Shown here: piece after piece, positions 9,358-19,136 of the stretch
How the letters are laid out: each line of letters opens with the position of its first letter
Position numbering within the stretch: the stretch's first letter is position 1
Assembly: GCA_964427405.1 (NCBI GenBank)
Contig: CAYRUB010000008.1
Coordinates: 31,428 to 95,427 of the forward strand
Direction of reading: 5' to 3'
Length of the DNA: 64,000 nucleotides
Origin: an uncultured Planctomycetales bacterium
GTDB lineage: Bacteria > Omnitrophota > Gorgyraeia > Gygaellales > Profunditerraquicolaceae
The notes under the pieces: generated by a model
The model's database searches: none
The model's input: only the letters and a program-made list of their open reading frames with translations
Told to the model about the DNA's origin: nothing
Position numbers and translations under genes: made by a program

Positions 9358-10275
9358 ATGGATAAACTTAAAGTAGCGGTAATCGGAGCGGGCCATTTAG
9401 GCAGCATTCATGCAAAAATATACAAACAAATCCCATCCTGCACCCTGGTAGGCGTCTGCGATACCAATCCCACAAACCTCAAAGCCGTTTCAGGATCGCT
9501 GCGCTTACCCGGATACAGCAATTATCATGAACTCTTTGGTAAAATTGACGCTGCCAGCATTGCCGTACCTACGCTTCTGCATCATCAGGTAGCGCATGAT
9601 TTTCTTGAGAATAACGTACATCTTCTGGTCGAAAAACCATTTACCGTAGATCTTAAGCAAGCAGACGATCTTATTGAGATTGCCAAAGAAAAAAACCTCA
9701 TCTTGCAAGTAGGCCACATTGAAAGGTTTAACTCCGCTTTTTGCGCCACACAGAAAATAATCAAAAATCCGAAGTTTATCGAATGCCACCGCCTTTCCAG
9801 CTTTCCTAACCGCTCGCTTGATGTCGGAGCTGTTCTGGACATTATGATTCACGACATTGATATTGTTTTAGGGCTGGTGGATTCACCAATAGAACGCATA
9901 GAATCCGTAGGCGTAAATGTACTTACCCAATTCGAAGATATTGCTAATGCCCGCCTGACTTTTAAAAATGGCTGTATCGCCAATCTTACCGCCAGCCGGG
10001 TCTCCGATGAAGTAATGCGCAAAATCCGCATATTCCAGGAAGATACCTATATTTCCCTGGATTATAAAAATGCCGAGGCCTCTGTATACCGCAGGATCCA
10101 GGGCAAGATTACCAAAGAACGCCTGCCTATTGAAAAAGAGCAGCCTTTGCAGAAAGAGCTGGCTTCATTTGTCGATTGCGTAATCAATAAAAAAACCCCG
10201 CTGGTTTCCGGGCCTGTCGCCAGGGAGGCTTTAGCGGTAGCTTTAGAAATTCAAAATCAGATATGGCACAAATAA
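9358..10275 (+). CDS. Gfo/Idh/MocA oxidoreductase, GnnA-like (UDP-GlcNAc 3-dehydrogenase)
   Basis: VIGAGHLG, LVEKP, VGHIERFN, DIMIHDID, TASRVS; overlaps the lpxB start. Confidence 0.8.
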   Translation: MDKLKVAVIGAGHLGSIHAKIYKQIPSCTLVGVCDTNPTNLKAVSGSLRLPGYSNYHELFGKIDAASIAVPTLLHHQVAHDFLENNVHLLVEKPFTVDLKQADDLIEIAKEKNLILQVGHIERFNSAFCATQKIIKNPKFIECHRLSSFPNRSLDVGAVLDIMIHDIDIVLGLVDSPIERIESVGVNVLTQFEDIANARLTFKNGCIANLTASRVSDEVMRKIRIFQEDTYISLDYKNAEASVYRRIQGKITKERLPIEKEQPLQKELASFVDCVINKKTPLVSGPVAREALAVALEIQNQIWHK

Positions 10276-11402
10276 AAAAAATATTTATTGTTTGTGGCGA
10301 ACCTTCCGGAGACCTGCTCGCCGGATCTCTTGTCCAGGCAATAACTAAACTTGAACCGGCAATCAAATTCGCAGGAGTAGGCGGGGCATACCTAGAAAAA
10401 GCCGGCGCAGAGATCTTTTGTAATATTAAAGAGTTATCCGTAATGGGTTTTTTTGATGTCTTAAAGAAACTACCAAAATTCCTTAAGCTAAAACAATTAA
10501 TTCTTGAAAAAATAAATACGTATAAGCCCGACGCTATAATTTTCGTTGATTTCTCCGGCTTTAACCTGCGCCTGGCAAAGGCGATCAACAAACACATCCC
10601 AACCATTTACTATGTAAGCCCGCAGGTTTGGGCCTCAAGAGAAGGCAGGGTAAATTGCATAAGAGATTTTATCTCTGAAATGATTGTGCTTTTTAAGTTT
10701 GAAGAAGAGTTTTACAAACAACGCGGAATCAAAGCGCACTGCGTGGGCCATCCTTTAATAAACCTGGTACGCCCGACCTTAGGAAAACAGGAGCTGCTTG
10801 GCAATCTCCAGATTAACTCATCCCAAAAGGTTATTGCTCTTCTTCCCGGTTCTCGTAAACAGGAAATCAGAATGGTCCTGCCATTAATGCTTAAAACTGC
10901 CCAGCTTATCAACAAAGAAATCCCCAATACGCAATTTATCATCGCTAAAGCCCCTAACCTCGATGCACAGATATACCAAAAAGAATGCGGAAAATATACC
11001 CTGAATTTAAAGATTATCGAAGGTAAAACTTACGATTGCCTGAATATCGCCGACTTTTGCCTCGTATGCTCAGGCACGGCAACACTGGAAACAACAATCA
11101 TGCAAAAACCATTTGTGATTGTTTACAAAATGAATTTATTGAATTACTTGCTTTATCGTCCGCAAGTAAAGATTCCTTACATAGGAATGGTCAATATTGT
11201 GGCAGGAAGAAAAATAGTCCCGGAGTACATCCAGTTTAATGCCAAGCCTAAAATGATTGCCCGCGCAGCCCTGGGATTCCTGCAAAGACCTGAACAAACC
11301 AAGCAGATGCTTGAAGATTTGGCTTACGTAAAATCCAGCCTCGGTTCGCCAGGCGCAGCTGAACGCGCCGCCAAACTCATTCTAGACTTCCTCAAGAAAT
11401 AA
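10263..11402 (+). CDS. lpxB: lipid-A-disaccharide synthase
   Basis: GEPSGD, YYVSPQVWASR, VGHPL, LLPGSR, SGTATLE. Confidence 0.95.
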   Translation: MAQIKKIFIVCGEPSGDLLAGSLVQAITKLEPAIKFAGVGGAYLEKAGAEIFCNIKELSVMGFFDVLKKLPKFLKLKQLILEKINTYKPDAIIFVDFSGFNLRLAKAINKHIPTIYYVSPQVWASREGRVNCIRDFISEMIVLFKFEEEFYKQRGIKAHCVGHPLINLVRPTLGKQELLGNLQINSSQKVIALLPGSRKQEIRMVLPLMLKTAQLINKEIPNTQFIIAKAPNLDAQIYQKECGKYTLNLKIIEGKTYDCLNIADFCLVCSGTATLETTIMQKPFVIVYKMNLLNYLLYRPQVKIPYIGMVNIVAGRKIVPEYIQFNAKPKMIARAALGFLQRPEQTKQMLEDLAYVKSSLGSPGAAERAAKLILDFLKK

Positions 11403-11407
11403 TCAAT

Positions 11408-11580
11408 TAACCCGTCTGCCTTGGTTTTATTCTTCACAGGGACGCTTGTTACGGCCCAGCGTGCCGTAACTGCGCTCGGGTCGGCTGACGTCGCTCTCAC
11501 TAGTCTCTGCATAGCCGGTGAACCTTGCCCGCTCCTTGCCTCCACGCCCTGCTCAGAATCAAACCAAGCCATCCGCTAAA
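11408..11580 (-). repeat. family 2 palindromic element, long branched form
   Basis: Minus strand TTTAGCGGATGGCTTGGTTTGATTC...GAATAAAACCAAGGCAG matches the ends of the 55959 copy; inner stems CAGGGCG/CGTCCCTG and GTTACGGC/GCCGTAAC. Confidence 0.65.
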
Positions 11581-11640
11581 GTATATTCAGTAAAAATGAA
11601 CCTGGTAAGTTTCGAGTGAATGTCGATTTTAACCACCCGC

Positions 11641-11830
11641 TAAGATTTACGGCTTTTGCTAGAGGCACAATTAAAAGATTTTCGGCATCGCTATCGTAAA
11701 TATGTGTGCAAGGTTTTACGGCGAGTGCAGGCAACACCTGATGCGTAAGGCTCCTTGCGCTGCCTGAGCGAGCCGTAAACCGTAGCACACGGCGAAAATC
11801 TTTGTGCCGAAGCAAAAAACGGAAAGCTTA
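11641..11830 (+). repeat. family 1 rod-like palindromic element copy C
   Basis: TAAG...CTTA ends; stems TTTTGCT/AGCAAAA, GGCACAA/TTGTGCC, AAGATTTTCG/CGAAAATCTT, GTGTGC/GCACAC, TTTACGGC/GCCGTAAA, CAGGCA/TGCCTG. Confidence 0.85.
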
Positions 11831-11875
11831 GCGCACGCGAACAATCTGCCGAAGAGCAAAATATCGCTGTTAGAC

Positions 11876-12964
11876 TTAATATGATTTTGCTATTTTTATA
11901 CGTTCGTCAATCGGCGGGTGGTCAAAAAAGAAAAACTTGATTAGCGGGTGCGGATTTCTATCGGCGAGATTTTGGCTGGCAAGTTTATCCATTAAAGAAA
12001 TAAACGCTTCTTTGTTCTGGGTTGTTTTAAGCGCAAGAGCGTCTGCCTCCCTTTCAAACCTACGGCTCACATATGCCTCTATGGGCTGCATGATAATACC
12101 AAAAAGCAGGAAATAAAGAAAAACCAACGGCAGGCTGGCCAATTGCGTAAGAGAGCTTAATTTGAATACCCCCAGGAAAGAAGAATTAGTCCTAAAAATA
12201 AAATAGAACAACCCTAAAGTTAACAGGGAGTTTATAGCAATCAGTTTTAAAATATGCTTGAGCTGAAAGTGCGCGAATTCATGCGCCAGTATTGCCTCAA
12301 CCTCATCATGGCTATATTTATCTTTTAAAGTATCAGCTAAAATCACGCGCTTAGTTTTTCCCATCCCGGTAAAGGCCGCATTAGCCTTAAGCGTTTTTTT
12401 ACTGAAATCTATTTCAAAAACATCCAACAGCTTAATCTGCATTTTCTGGGCCAAGTTAAATATCCTCTGGCGTAAAACTTCATCTTCCAGTTTCTTATAT
12501 TTAAAAAATAACGGAATAATCAAGACCGGGGTTAACTTGGCTAAAACCACGCTAAATACTATCCAGAAAATTGAGACAACCAGCCACCATTGGTCAAACT
12601 TTATCAAAATCCAGTAGAAACCCAAAATCAATATTAATAAGATTATATACCCCAGTATCCCTGATTTTAGCTGATCCAAACACCAGGAGCCTATTTTCTG
12701 TTTAGACAAGTTAAACTTGTGCTCCAGAGTATAACCAGAGTAGAAATTAAGCGGGAGACTTAATAAATAATAAAAAACCAAAATAATCAGAAGAAAAACG
12801 GCAATTGATAAATATCCCGGCAGGTAAAAATTCTTAATGAGATTCTCTAGAGAAAGGCATAGCCCTGATCCTAAAAAAACCAGAAGCAGGGCTATGTTAT
12901 AAAACGTATCAGTAATGCTTAATACATACTTTTGGTGAGAGTAACTTTTGGCTAAATTAGCCAT
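11876..12964 (-). CDS. M48 family (Ste24-like) membrane zinc metallopeptidase
   Basis: NAAFTG, AHEFAH, SRRFEREAD, DHPPIDERI; multiple TM helices. Confidence 0.9.
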   Translation of the reverse strand: MANLAKSYSHQKYVLSITDTFYNIALLLVFLGSGLCLSLENLIKNFYLPGYLSIAVFLLIILVFYYLLSLPLNFYSGYTLEHKFNLSKQKIGSWCLDQLKSGILGYIILLILILGFYWILIKFDQWWLVVSIFWIVFSVVLAKLTPVLIIPLFFKYKKLEDEVLRQRIFNLAQKMQIKLLDVFEIDFSKKTLKANAAFTGMGKTKRVILADTLKDKYSHDEVEAILAHEFAHFQLKHILKLIAINSLLTLGLFYFIFRTNSSFLGVFKLSSLTQLASLPLVFLYFLLFGIIMQPIEAYVSRRFEREADALALKTTQNKEAFISLMDKLASQNLADRNPHPLIKFFFFDHPPIDERIKIAKSY

Positions 12965-12966
12965 AT

Positions 12967-13218
12967 CTATTTCTTAGCTTCTTTTTTCACTAAAGGCGCG
13001 ACATTGATAAATGTACGCAGGCCACCGTGGCTGGTCTTCTTACGGGTAAAATAAACCTTGCCCGGATAAGCAGCGAATAAAGTGCCTAAACCACGGACCC
13101 CTACCCCTGCTTTATAGGCATCGCGACCGCGCACCAGTATCTCTCCGGTCTTAACCAGCTTTCCACCGCTTGATTTAACTGCTTTATCTTTCTTGGGAGT
13201 CGAAAAACCACCGATCAT
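12967..13218 (-). CDS. rpmA: divergent 50S ribosomal protein bL27-like protein
   Basis: VKxxGGxxVKTGEILVR, AGVGV, TLFA..PGKVYF, RTFINV; lacks the canonical AHKK...RNGRDS N-terminus. Confidence 0.7.
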   Translation of the reverse strand: MIGGFSTPKKDKAVKSSGGKLVKTGEILVRGRDAYKAGVGVRGLGTLFAAYPGKVYFTRKKTSHGGLRTFINVAPLVKKEAKK

Positions 13219-13272
13219 TTTAATTTTCCTCCTTTAACGTTTTATTTAAGAAATAAGCTTACCACAAATCAA

Positions 13273-14667
13273 TTAATTAAGCAAGACCTCTTCATCTTTA
13301 TCCGGAATATGTACCTCTAATCCTTTTTGCACCAACAAATCCGAAAGGGTTTGCGATTGTTCAAGCTCTCCGTGCACCAGGAAAATACGCTTGAGCGGCA
13401 GGCATCCGGAAACAAAATCCAATAATTCCGTCTGGTCTGCATGCCCGGAAAAGGCGTTAATCACCACCACTTCGGCATTAAGCTCATACTCAACTCCGAA
13501 TATTTTCACAAAAGGGGTTTTCTCGACTATTCTTCTTCCCAGGGTATCCTGGGCCATATATCCGACAACTAAAATCATATTGCGCGAATCCTCAATATTA
13601 TTCTGCAAGTGATGCAGCATCCTCCCGGACTCGCACATACCGCTACCGGCAATAATAATCATCGGACGCTTATCGGTATTTAAAGCCTTGGACTCTCTTT
13701 GTTCGCGGATAAAACGCAAATTTAATAATTCAAAGGGATTATCACCTTTACTAAACGCTTGGCGAGTCTTTTCATTTAAAAAATCCAGATGAAAATTGAA
13801 AAGGTCAGTGATATTCGTAGCTAACGGGCTATCCACATAAATAGGCACCGGAGGTATAAGTTTGTCTTTAAGCAATTCACTTAAAAAGTAAATTACCTCT
13901 TGTGTACGTTCGAGAGTAAAAGAAGGAATAAGCACTTTCCCCCCTCTTTTAACTGCCCGGGAAATCGCCTCCCTTAACCTTGACTGCGCTTCATCAATCG
14001 GCCGGTGCAGCCTGCCGCCATAGGTAGACTCCATAATCAAATAATCCAAACCCTTGGGGATCACCGGATCACTTAATAAAGGCAGGTTCTTTCTTCCTAA
14101 ATCTACCGCATAACCTAAGCGCAAAAAACGCTGGCCATCTTTAATATCCAAGACAATAACCCCTGAACCCAGGATATGCCCGGCATCAAGAATAGTAGCA
14201 AAAACATCTTTAGCAATACAAAACTTTTGGTTATAAGAAATGGAGCGGAAAATTTTGGTGGCCCTGGATGCCTCCTTCGCCGTATACAAAGCTTTGCGTA
14301 AAGGCAAATTCATGCGCCGGTTAATTTTATTTACGTAACGCACATCTTCTTCCTGGATCTTTCCTGAATCCACCAACATAAGATCTGCCAAATCTTTGGT
14401 TGCCGAAGTAGTATAGATCTTGCAGCGCAACCCCTGCTTAATTAAATTGGGGATATTGCCGCAATGGTCGATGTGCGCATGCGATAAGACCATGGCATTG
14501 ATCGTGCGCGGGTTAAAATGGAAGGTGGTGTTGATTGCATAAAAGGCGTCACGGTGCCCCTGGAAGAGCCCTGCATCAAGAAGTATCTCCGTATTCCCAG
14601 CCGTAATCAAATGGCTTGAGCCGGTAACAGTCTTTGCGCCTCCAAGGAATTTTATTTTAACTGACAT
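13273..14667 (-). CDS. beta-CASP metallo-beta-lactamase fold RNase
   Basis: LSHAHIDHCG, AGHILGS, MESTYG, GSGMCESGR, FSGHAD, VHGE. Confidence 0.9.
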   Translation of the reverse strand: MSVKIKFLGGAKTVTGSSHLITAGNTEILLDAGLFQGHRDAFYAINTTFHFNPRTINAMVLSHAHIDHCGNIPNLIKQGLRCKIYTTSATKDLADLMLVDSGKIQEEDVRYVNKINRRMNLPLRKALYTAKEASRATKIFRSISYNQKFCIAKDVFATILDAGHILGSGVIVLDIKDGQRFLRLGYAVDLGRKNLPLLSDPVIPKGLDYLIMESTYGGRLHRPIDEAQSRLREAISRAVKRGGKVLIPSFTLERTQEVIYFLSELLKDKLIPPVPIYVDSPLATNITDLFNFHLDFLNEKTRQAFSKGDNPFELLNLRFIREQRESKALNTDKRPMIIIAGSGMCESGRMLHHLQNNIEDSRNMILVVGYMAQDTLGRRIVEKTPFVKIFGVEYELNAEVVVINAFSGHADQTELLDFVSGCLPLKRIFLVHGELEQSQTLSDLLVQKGLEVHIPDKDEEVLLN

Positions 14668-14669
14668 AT

Positions 14670-16196
14670 TTAGGTTACAAAAAGGTTACGGGAAGAGAAT
14701 TTACCATCGGTAGTAAGATTTACTCCCAGCCGCTTTAATCCTACTTCATCCCCGGGAGTAGGGATATGCGTCATATGCACTTCACACCACTTAAGCTCGC
14801 CCAGCTTATTCATCGCCAACTCTGCGGTATGGTTTGTGGTCGCGCTTATCGCCAGAGCGATTAGGCATTCCTCTAAATCCAAACTCTCTGAATCCTGGCC
14901 TAAAATCCCTTCTTTTAGCTTGGCGATCTGGCTTATAATATGCGGGCTTAAAAGTAAAATCTCATCAGGAATATGCGCTAAAATTTTTACCGCGTTCAAA
15001 ATCAAACTCGAGGCGGCATGCATAAGTTTGGAATTTTTACCCGTGACAATCTGGCCATCGCTTAGCTCAATCGACGCCCCGCAGCATATACCCTCATTAC
15101 CCTGGCCTTTTTTCTCCGCTTCTTCCGCGGTTTTTCTGGCCACTTCAACAACTAAACGGTCGGTAACTTTTACCCCCAATTCTTCCATAAGCAAAATTAC
15201 CCTGTCTACGGTTTCTTTTTTCTCAATACCCAAGGCGTATTCGCTGTTATACCTGAAATACCTACGGATAAGCTCCTGCTTTGCCGCTTCCTGCACTGCT
15301 TTATCTTCAACAATCCCGAAGCCCGCGCGGTTGACGCCCATATCAGTAGGAGAATTATATGTAGGGAGGTTGTAATCTTTGGCGTATATCCTGCTTAAAA
15401 TAAGCTTAAGTATAGGGAAACTCTCTACGTCGCGGTTGTAGTTAATAGAAGTCTTGTTATATTTATTCAAATGGAACGGGTCAACCAGGTTAAAATCCTG
15501 GATATCAGCTGTGGCTGCTTCATAGGCAACATTCACCGGATGCTTAAGCGGCAAATTCCATATAGGGAAGGTTTCAAATTTTGCGTAGCCGGCGTTGATG
15601 CCGCGTTTATGCTCTTGAAATAACTGAGAAAGACAAGTGGCCAATTTTCCGCTATTCGGACCCGGGGCAGTGACCACAACAATAGGATTTTTAGTTTCAA
15701 TGTAATCGTTTTTACCAAAACCCTTATCACTGACAATAGCGTCAATATCCGCAGGATAGCCATCAATAGGATAATGCAGATAAACCTTTACCCCGCGATG
15801 CTCCAGTTTATTTTTGAATATAACTGCCGATGACTGATTGGCAAAACGCGTAATTACTACCGCCAGGATATCCAATCCCCACTTCCTTAAATCGTCGATT
15901 AATTTCAAGGTAGCTGCGTCATAAGTAATCCCGAAATCTCCACGCACCCTGCCCTTTTCAATATCGCCGGCGTATATGGAAAGCACAATATCAATCTTGT
16001 CTTTTAAGGATTGCAAGAGCCTTATTTTTACATTAGGATCGTAACCCGGCAGGACACGCGCAGCATGATAGTCATAACAAAGCTTGCCTCCAAACTCCAG
16101 GTAAAGCTTATTATCAAACTTTTTTACTCTCTCAAGAATAAAAGCGGTTTGTTCCTTAAGATATTTTTCGTTATCAAAACCTGTTTTTTTAATCAT
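14670..16196 (-). CDS. DUF1846/UPF0371 family protein
   Basis: KLYLEFGGKL, TAPGPNSGKLATCLSQ, GYAKFETFPIWNLPLKHPVN, SPTDMGVN. Confidence 0.85.
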   Translation of the reverse strand: MIKKTGFDNEKYLKEQTAFILERVKKFDNKLYLEFGGKLCYDYHAARVLPGYDPNVKIRLLQSLKDKIDIVLSIYAGDIEKGRVRGDFGITYDAATLKLIDDLRKWGLDILAVVITRFANQSSAVIFKNKLEHRGVKVYLHYPIDGYPADIDAIVSDKGFGKNDYIETKNPIVVVTAPGPNSGKLATCLSQLFQEHKRGINAGYAKFETFPIWNLPLKHPVNVAYEAATADIQDFNLVDPFHLNKYNKTSINYNRDVESFPILKLILSRIYAKDYNLPTYNSPTDMGVNRAGFGIVEDKAVQEAAKQELIRRYFRYNSEYALGIEKKETVDRVILLMEELGVKVTDRLVVEVARKTAEEAEKKGQGNEGICCGASIELSDGQIVTGKNSKLMHAASSLILNAVKILAHIPDEILLLSPHIISQIAKLKEGILGQDSESLDLEECLIALAISATTNHTAELAMNKLGELKWCEVHMTHIPTPGDEVGLKRLGVNLTTDGKFSSRNLFVT

Positions 16197-16200
16197 CTTT

Positions 16201-16217
16201 TGCCTAATTATTAGGCA
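16201..16217. promoter_or_regulatory. candidate operator palindrome
   Basis: TGCCTAAT-T-ATTAGGCA just downstream of a TATAAT box; near copy at 26209-26225. Confidence 0.4.
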
Positions 16218-16262
16218 TATTATAATACAAACTTATTCTTTTGTAAATAGATCCACCCACAA

Positions 16263-17924
16263 TTACTTATCATACGTAGAATAAAAATATGGGGTGTGCG
16301 CCATGAATTCCGCGGCGCAGGTATCAACCAGCTTGAAATCCGGAAGAATATTCATGGACTTTCTTAAAGCATAGACCTCAGCCTGGCTCATAGATAAAAG
16401 TTTGGCCAGCTGTATATCGCTAAAGCCATACTCTTTGGCCTTCTTAAGTAATTCTCCGGAAAGATTACCTTTATTTTTAAGCAGCTCTTTTTCACAATCA
16501 ACAATCTCTTTGATGTTATATAAAAACCAGCGGTCAATCTTGGTTAATTCATGGATCTTTTCAATATCCAGATTAGCGCGGAAGGCATCACCAATATAAA
16601 AAATCCTTTCCGCATTAGGCTGCCTTAATTTCTGATAAATCTTGTCTAAAAGGCCATTTTCAATTTTAATATCTTCTAAGTTATAGAAAATAATGCTTTC
16701 CAGTCCGGATTTCTTAATCTCCAGCGAACGCAAACCTTTCTGCAACGCCTCTTTAAAAGTACGGCCAATAGCCATGGCCTCGCCAACTGACTTCATGGAT
16801 ATTCCCAGGGTACTGTCAGCCAAAGCAAATTTCTCGAAAGTAAACCGCGGGATCTTTACTACGCAATAATCAATAGCCGGCTCAAAGCAAGCAGGAGTTG
16901 AGCGGGTAATATCATTAGATATTTCATCCAGGGTGTAGCCAACAGCAAGCTTAGCTGCAATTTTTGCAATAGGAAAACCTGTGGCTTTTGAGGATAGCGC
17001 TGAACTGCGCGAAACCCGCGGATTCATCTCGATAACCACCATTCTGCCGGTCTCCGGATGCACCGCAAACTGTATGTTTGAACCGCCGGTTTCAACGCCA
17101 ATCTCACGGATACAAGCAATAGCGGCATCACGCATCAACTGATATTGTTTATCGGTTAGTGTCTGGATAGGCGCCACGGTAATACTATCTCCGGTATGCA
17201 CGCCCATAGGGTCAAGATTTTCGATAGTACAAATGACCACTACATTATCTTTTAAATCCCGCATCACCTCCAGTTCAAATTCCTTCCAACCCAACACAGA
17301 TTCTTCAACCAGAATCTCGCTGATCATACTTGACTCAAGGCCGCGCTTAGCCAAAACCTTGAACTCTTCAATATTATAAGCGATTGACCCGCCCCCGCCC
17401 CCTAAAGTAAAACTGGGCCGGATGATCAAAGGAAAACCTACTTTTTCCGTCACAGCAACCGCTTCATCCAAATTATAAGCCCGGCCGCTTTTAGGCAAAT
17501 CCAGCCCGATCTTTTCCATCGCCGCTTTAAATAACTGGCGATCCTCGCCTTTTTTAATCGCTTTTATATTAGCTCCGATAGTTTCAACCTTATACTTTTT
17601 TAACACTCCTTTTTCCGCCAACTCTACGGTAGTATTCAAAGCAGTCTGGCCGCCAAGAGTAGGCAGGAGCGCATCCGGCCTTTCTTTGGCAATAATCTTC
17701 TCTACCGTCTCGGCGTTAATCGGCTCGATATAAGTCTGATCGGCAATTTCAGGATCAGTCATAATTGTCGCCGGGTTAGAATTCACCAGGACAATTTTAA
17801 ACCCCTCCTGTTTTAAGACCTTACATGCCTGGGTGCCGGAATAATCAAACTCGCAGGCTTGGCCGATAACAATGGGCCCGGAACCAATAATCAATATTTT
17901 TCTAATATCTTTTCTCTTAGGCAT
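16263..17924 (-). CDS. carB: carbamoyl-phosphate synthase large subunit, N-terminal half only (split CarB1)
   Basis: [28 protein letters not shown]; ends at [15 protein letters not shown], the junction between the two halves. Confidence 0.9.
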   Translation of the reverse strand: MPKRKDIRKILIIGSGPIVIGQACEFDYSGTQACKVLKQEGFKIVLVNSNPATIMTDPEIADQTYIEPINAETVEKIIAKERPDALLPTLGGQTALNTTVELAEKGVLKKYKVETIGANIKAIKKGEDRQLFKAAMEKIGLDLPKSGRAYNLDEAVAVTEKVGFPLIIRPSFTLGGGGGSIAYNIEEFKVLAKRGLESSMISEILVEESVLGWKEFELEVMRDLKDNVVVICTIENLDPMGVHTGDSITVAPIQTLTDKQYQLMRDAAIACIREIGVETGGSNIQFAVHPETGRMVVIEMNPRVSRSSALSSKATGFPIAKIAAKLAVGYTLDEISNDITRSTPACFEPAIDYCVVKIPRFTFEKFALADSTLGISMKSVGEAMAIGRTFKEALQKGLRSLEIKKSGLESIIFYNLEDIKIENGLLDKIYQKLRQPNAERIFYIGDAFRANLDIEKIHELTKIDRWFLYNIKEIVDCEKELLKNKGNLSGELLKKAKEYGFSDIQLAKLLSMSQAEVYALRKSMNILPDFKLVDTCAAEFMAHTPYFYSTYDK

Positions 17925-17927
17925 AGC

Positions 17928-19025
17928 TTAATACTTTCGCTTCTTTGACTTCTGCATTAATTTTGTAAACTCGGCAAATAAATATTCTGCGTCGTGCGGC
18001 CCTGGAGAAGCTTCAGGATGAAATTGCACGCAAAATAACGGCAGCTTCTTATGGCGAAACCCTTCTGAGGTACCGTCATTTAAATTTACATGAGTCAGTT
18101 CAATATCTTTCTTGTCCAGTGAATCTATGTCCACGCAAAAACCATGATTCTGGCTGGTTATAGAAACCTTCCCTGTCTTTAAATCCTTTACCGGATGATT
18201 TGCTCCGTGGTGGCCGAACTTAAGTTTATAAGTTTTGCCCCCTAAAGCAAGCCCGAGCATCTGATGCCCCAGGCAGATTCCAAAGATTGGCAGTTTACCG
18301 ATAAGTTTGGTTACTGTTTTAACCACATAATCTACGGCCGCCGGATCTCCTGGCCCGTTAGAAAGCAACAAGCCATCAGGCTTGATTGCAAGTATTTCCT
18401 CAGAAGTTGCCTGCGCGGGTAATACTGCTACATTACAATTATTGCGCGTCAATTCTCTCAATATATTGTATTTTACCCCGCAGTCTAAAACTACAACCTT
18501 ATATTTAGCATCTTTAGACCAGGCATAATTATATTTTTTGGAAATACTGACCTCTTTAACTAAATCTATGCCGATCAGCCCGCGGCAGTTTTGGGCCTTT
18601 TTGATTAGGCTGGCCTCGTCAGAATCCTGTGTAGAGAGAACCGCTTTCATCGCCCCTTTTTCCCTTATATGCAAAGTAAGCTTACGGGTATCAATACCCT
18701 CAATACCTAAAATATTGTTTTCTTTTAAATACTCACCTAAAGACTGTTCATTTTTCCAGTTACTGGCGATCTTACTATACTCTTTTACCACAAGACCTTC
18801 CAGAAAAGGACTGCGGCTCTCCGCATCCTCCTTATTAATTCCATAATTTCCCATCAGGGGATAAGTCATCACTATAATCTGCCCCTTATAAGAAGGATCA
18901 GTAATAATCTCCTGATATCCGGCCATGCTGGTATTAAAAACTACCTCGCCGGTCCGCTCACCGCTTACGCCAAATGAGCTGCCTTTAAACACCTTCCCGT
19001 CTTCTAAAACAAGAAAAGCTTGCAT
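17928..19025 (-). CDS. carA: carbamoyl-phosphate synthase small subunit
   Basis: GEVVFNTSMAGYQE, LSNGPGDP, GICLGHQ, QFHPEASPGPHD; ATG at 19025 follows GAGGA. Confidence 0.95.
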   Translation of the reverse strand: MQAFLVLEDGKVFKGSSFGVSGERTGEVVFNTSMAGYQEIITDPSYKGQIIVMTYPLMGNYGINKEDAESRSPFLEGLVVKEYSKIASNWKNEQSLGEYLKENNILGIEGIDTRKLTLHIREKGAMKAVLSTQDSDEASLIKKAQNCRGLIGIDLVKEVSISKKYNYAWSKDAKYKVVVLDCGVKYNILRELTRNNCNVAVLPAQATSEEILAIKPDGLLLSNGPGDPAAVDYVVKTVTKLIGKLPIFGICLGHQMLGLALGGKTYKLKFGHHGANHPVKDLKTGKVSITSQNHGFCVDIDSLDKKDIELTHVNLNDGTSEGFRHKKLPLFCVQFHPEASPGPHDAEYLFAEFTKLMQKSKKRKY

Positions 19026-19042
19026 ATTTATCATCCTCACAT

Positions 19043-19090
19043 AAAAAGGCGTTTAGTGCCGATAGCTCGGCTGCTAAACGCCTTTGTTTA
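19043..19090 (-). terminator. terminator-like hairpin in the carA leader
   Basis: AAAGGCGTTTAG...CTAAACGCCTTT-TTAT, downstream of promoter 19094-19121. Confidence 0.6.
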
Positions 19091-19093
19091 CTT

Positions 19094-19121
19094 ATTTTAA
19101 CACCATAAAACAAATTGTCAA
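19094..19121 (-). promoter_or_regulatory. sigma70-type promoter of carA
   Basis: TTGACA-16 nt (ending TGT)-TAAAAT. Confidence 0.6.
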
Positions 19122-19136
19122 TTTCTTTCTTTAAAA

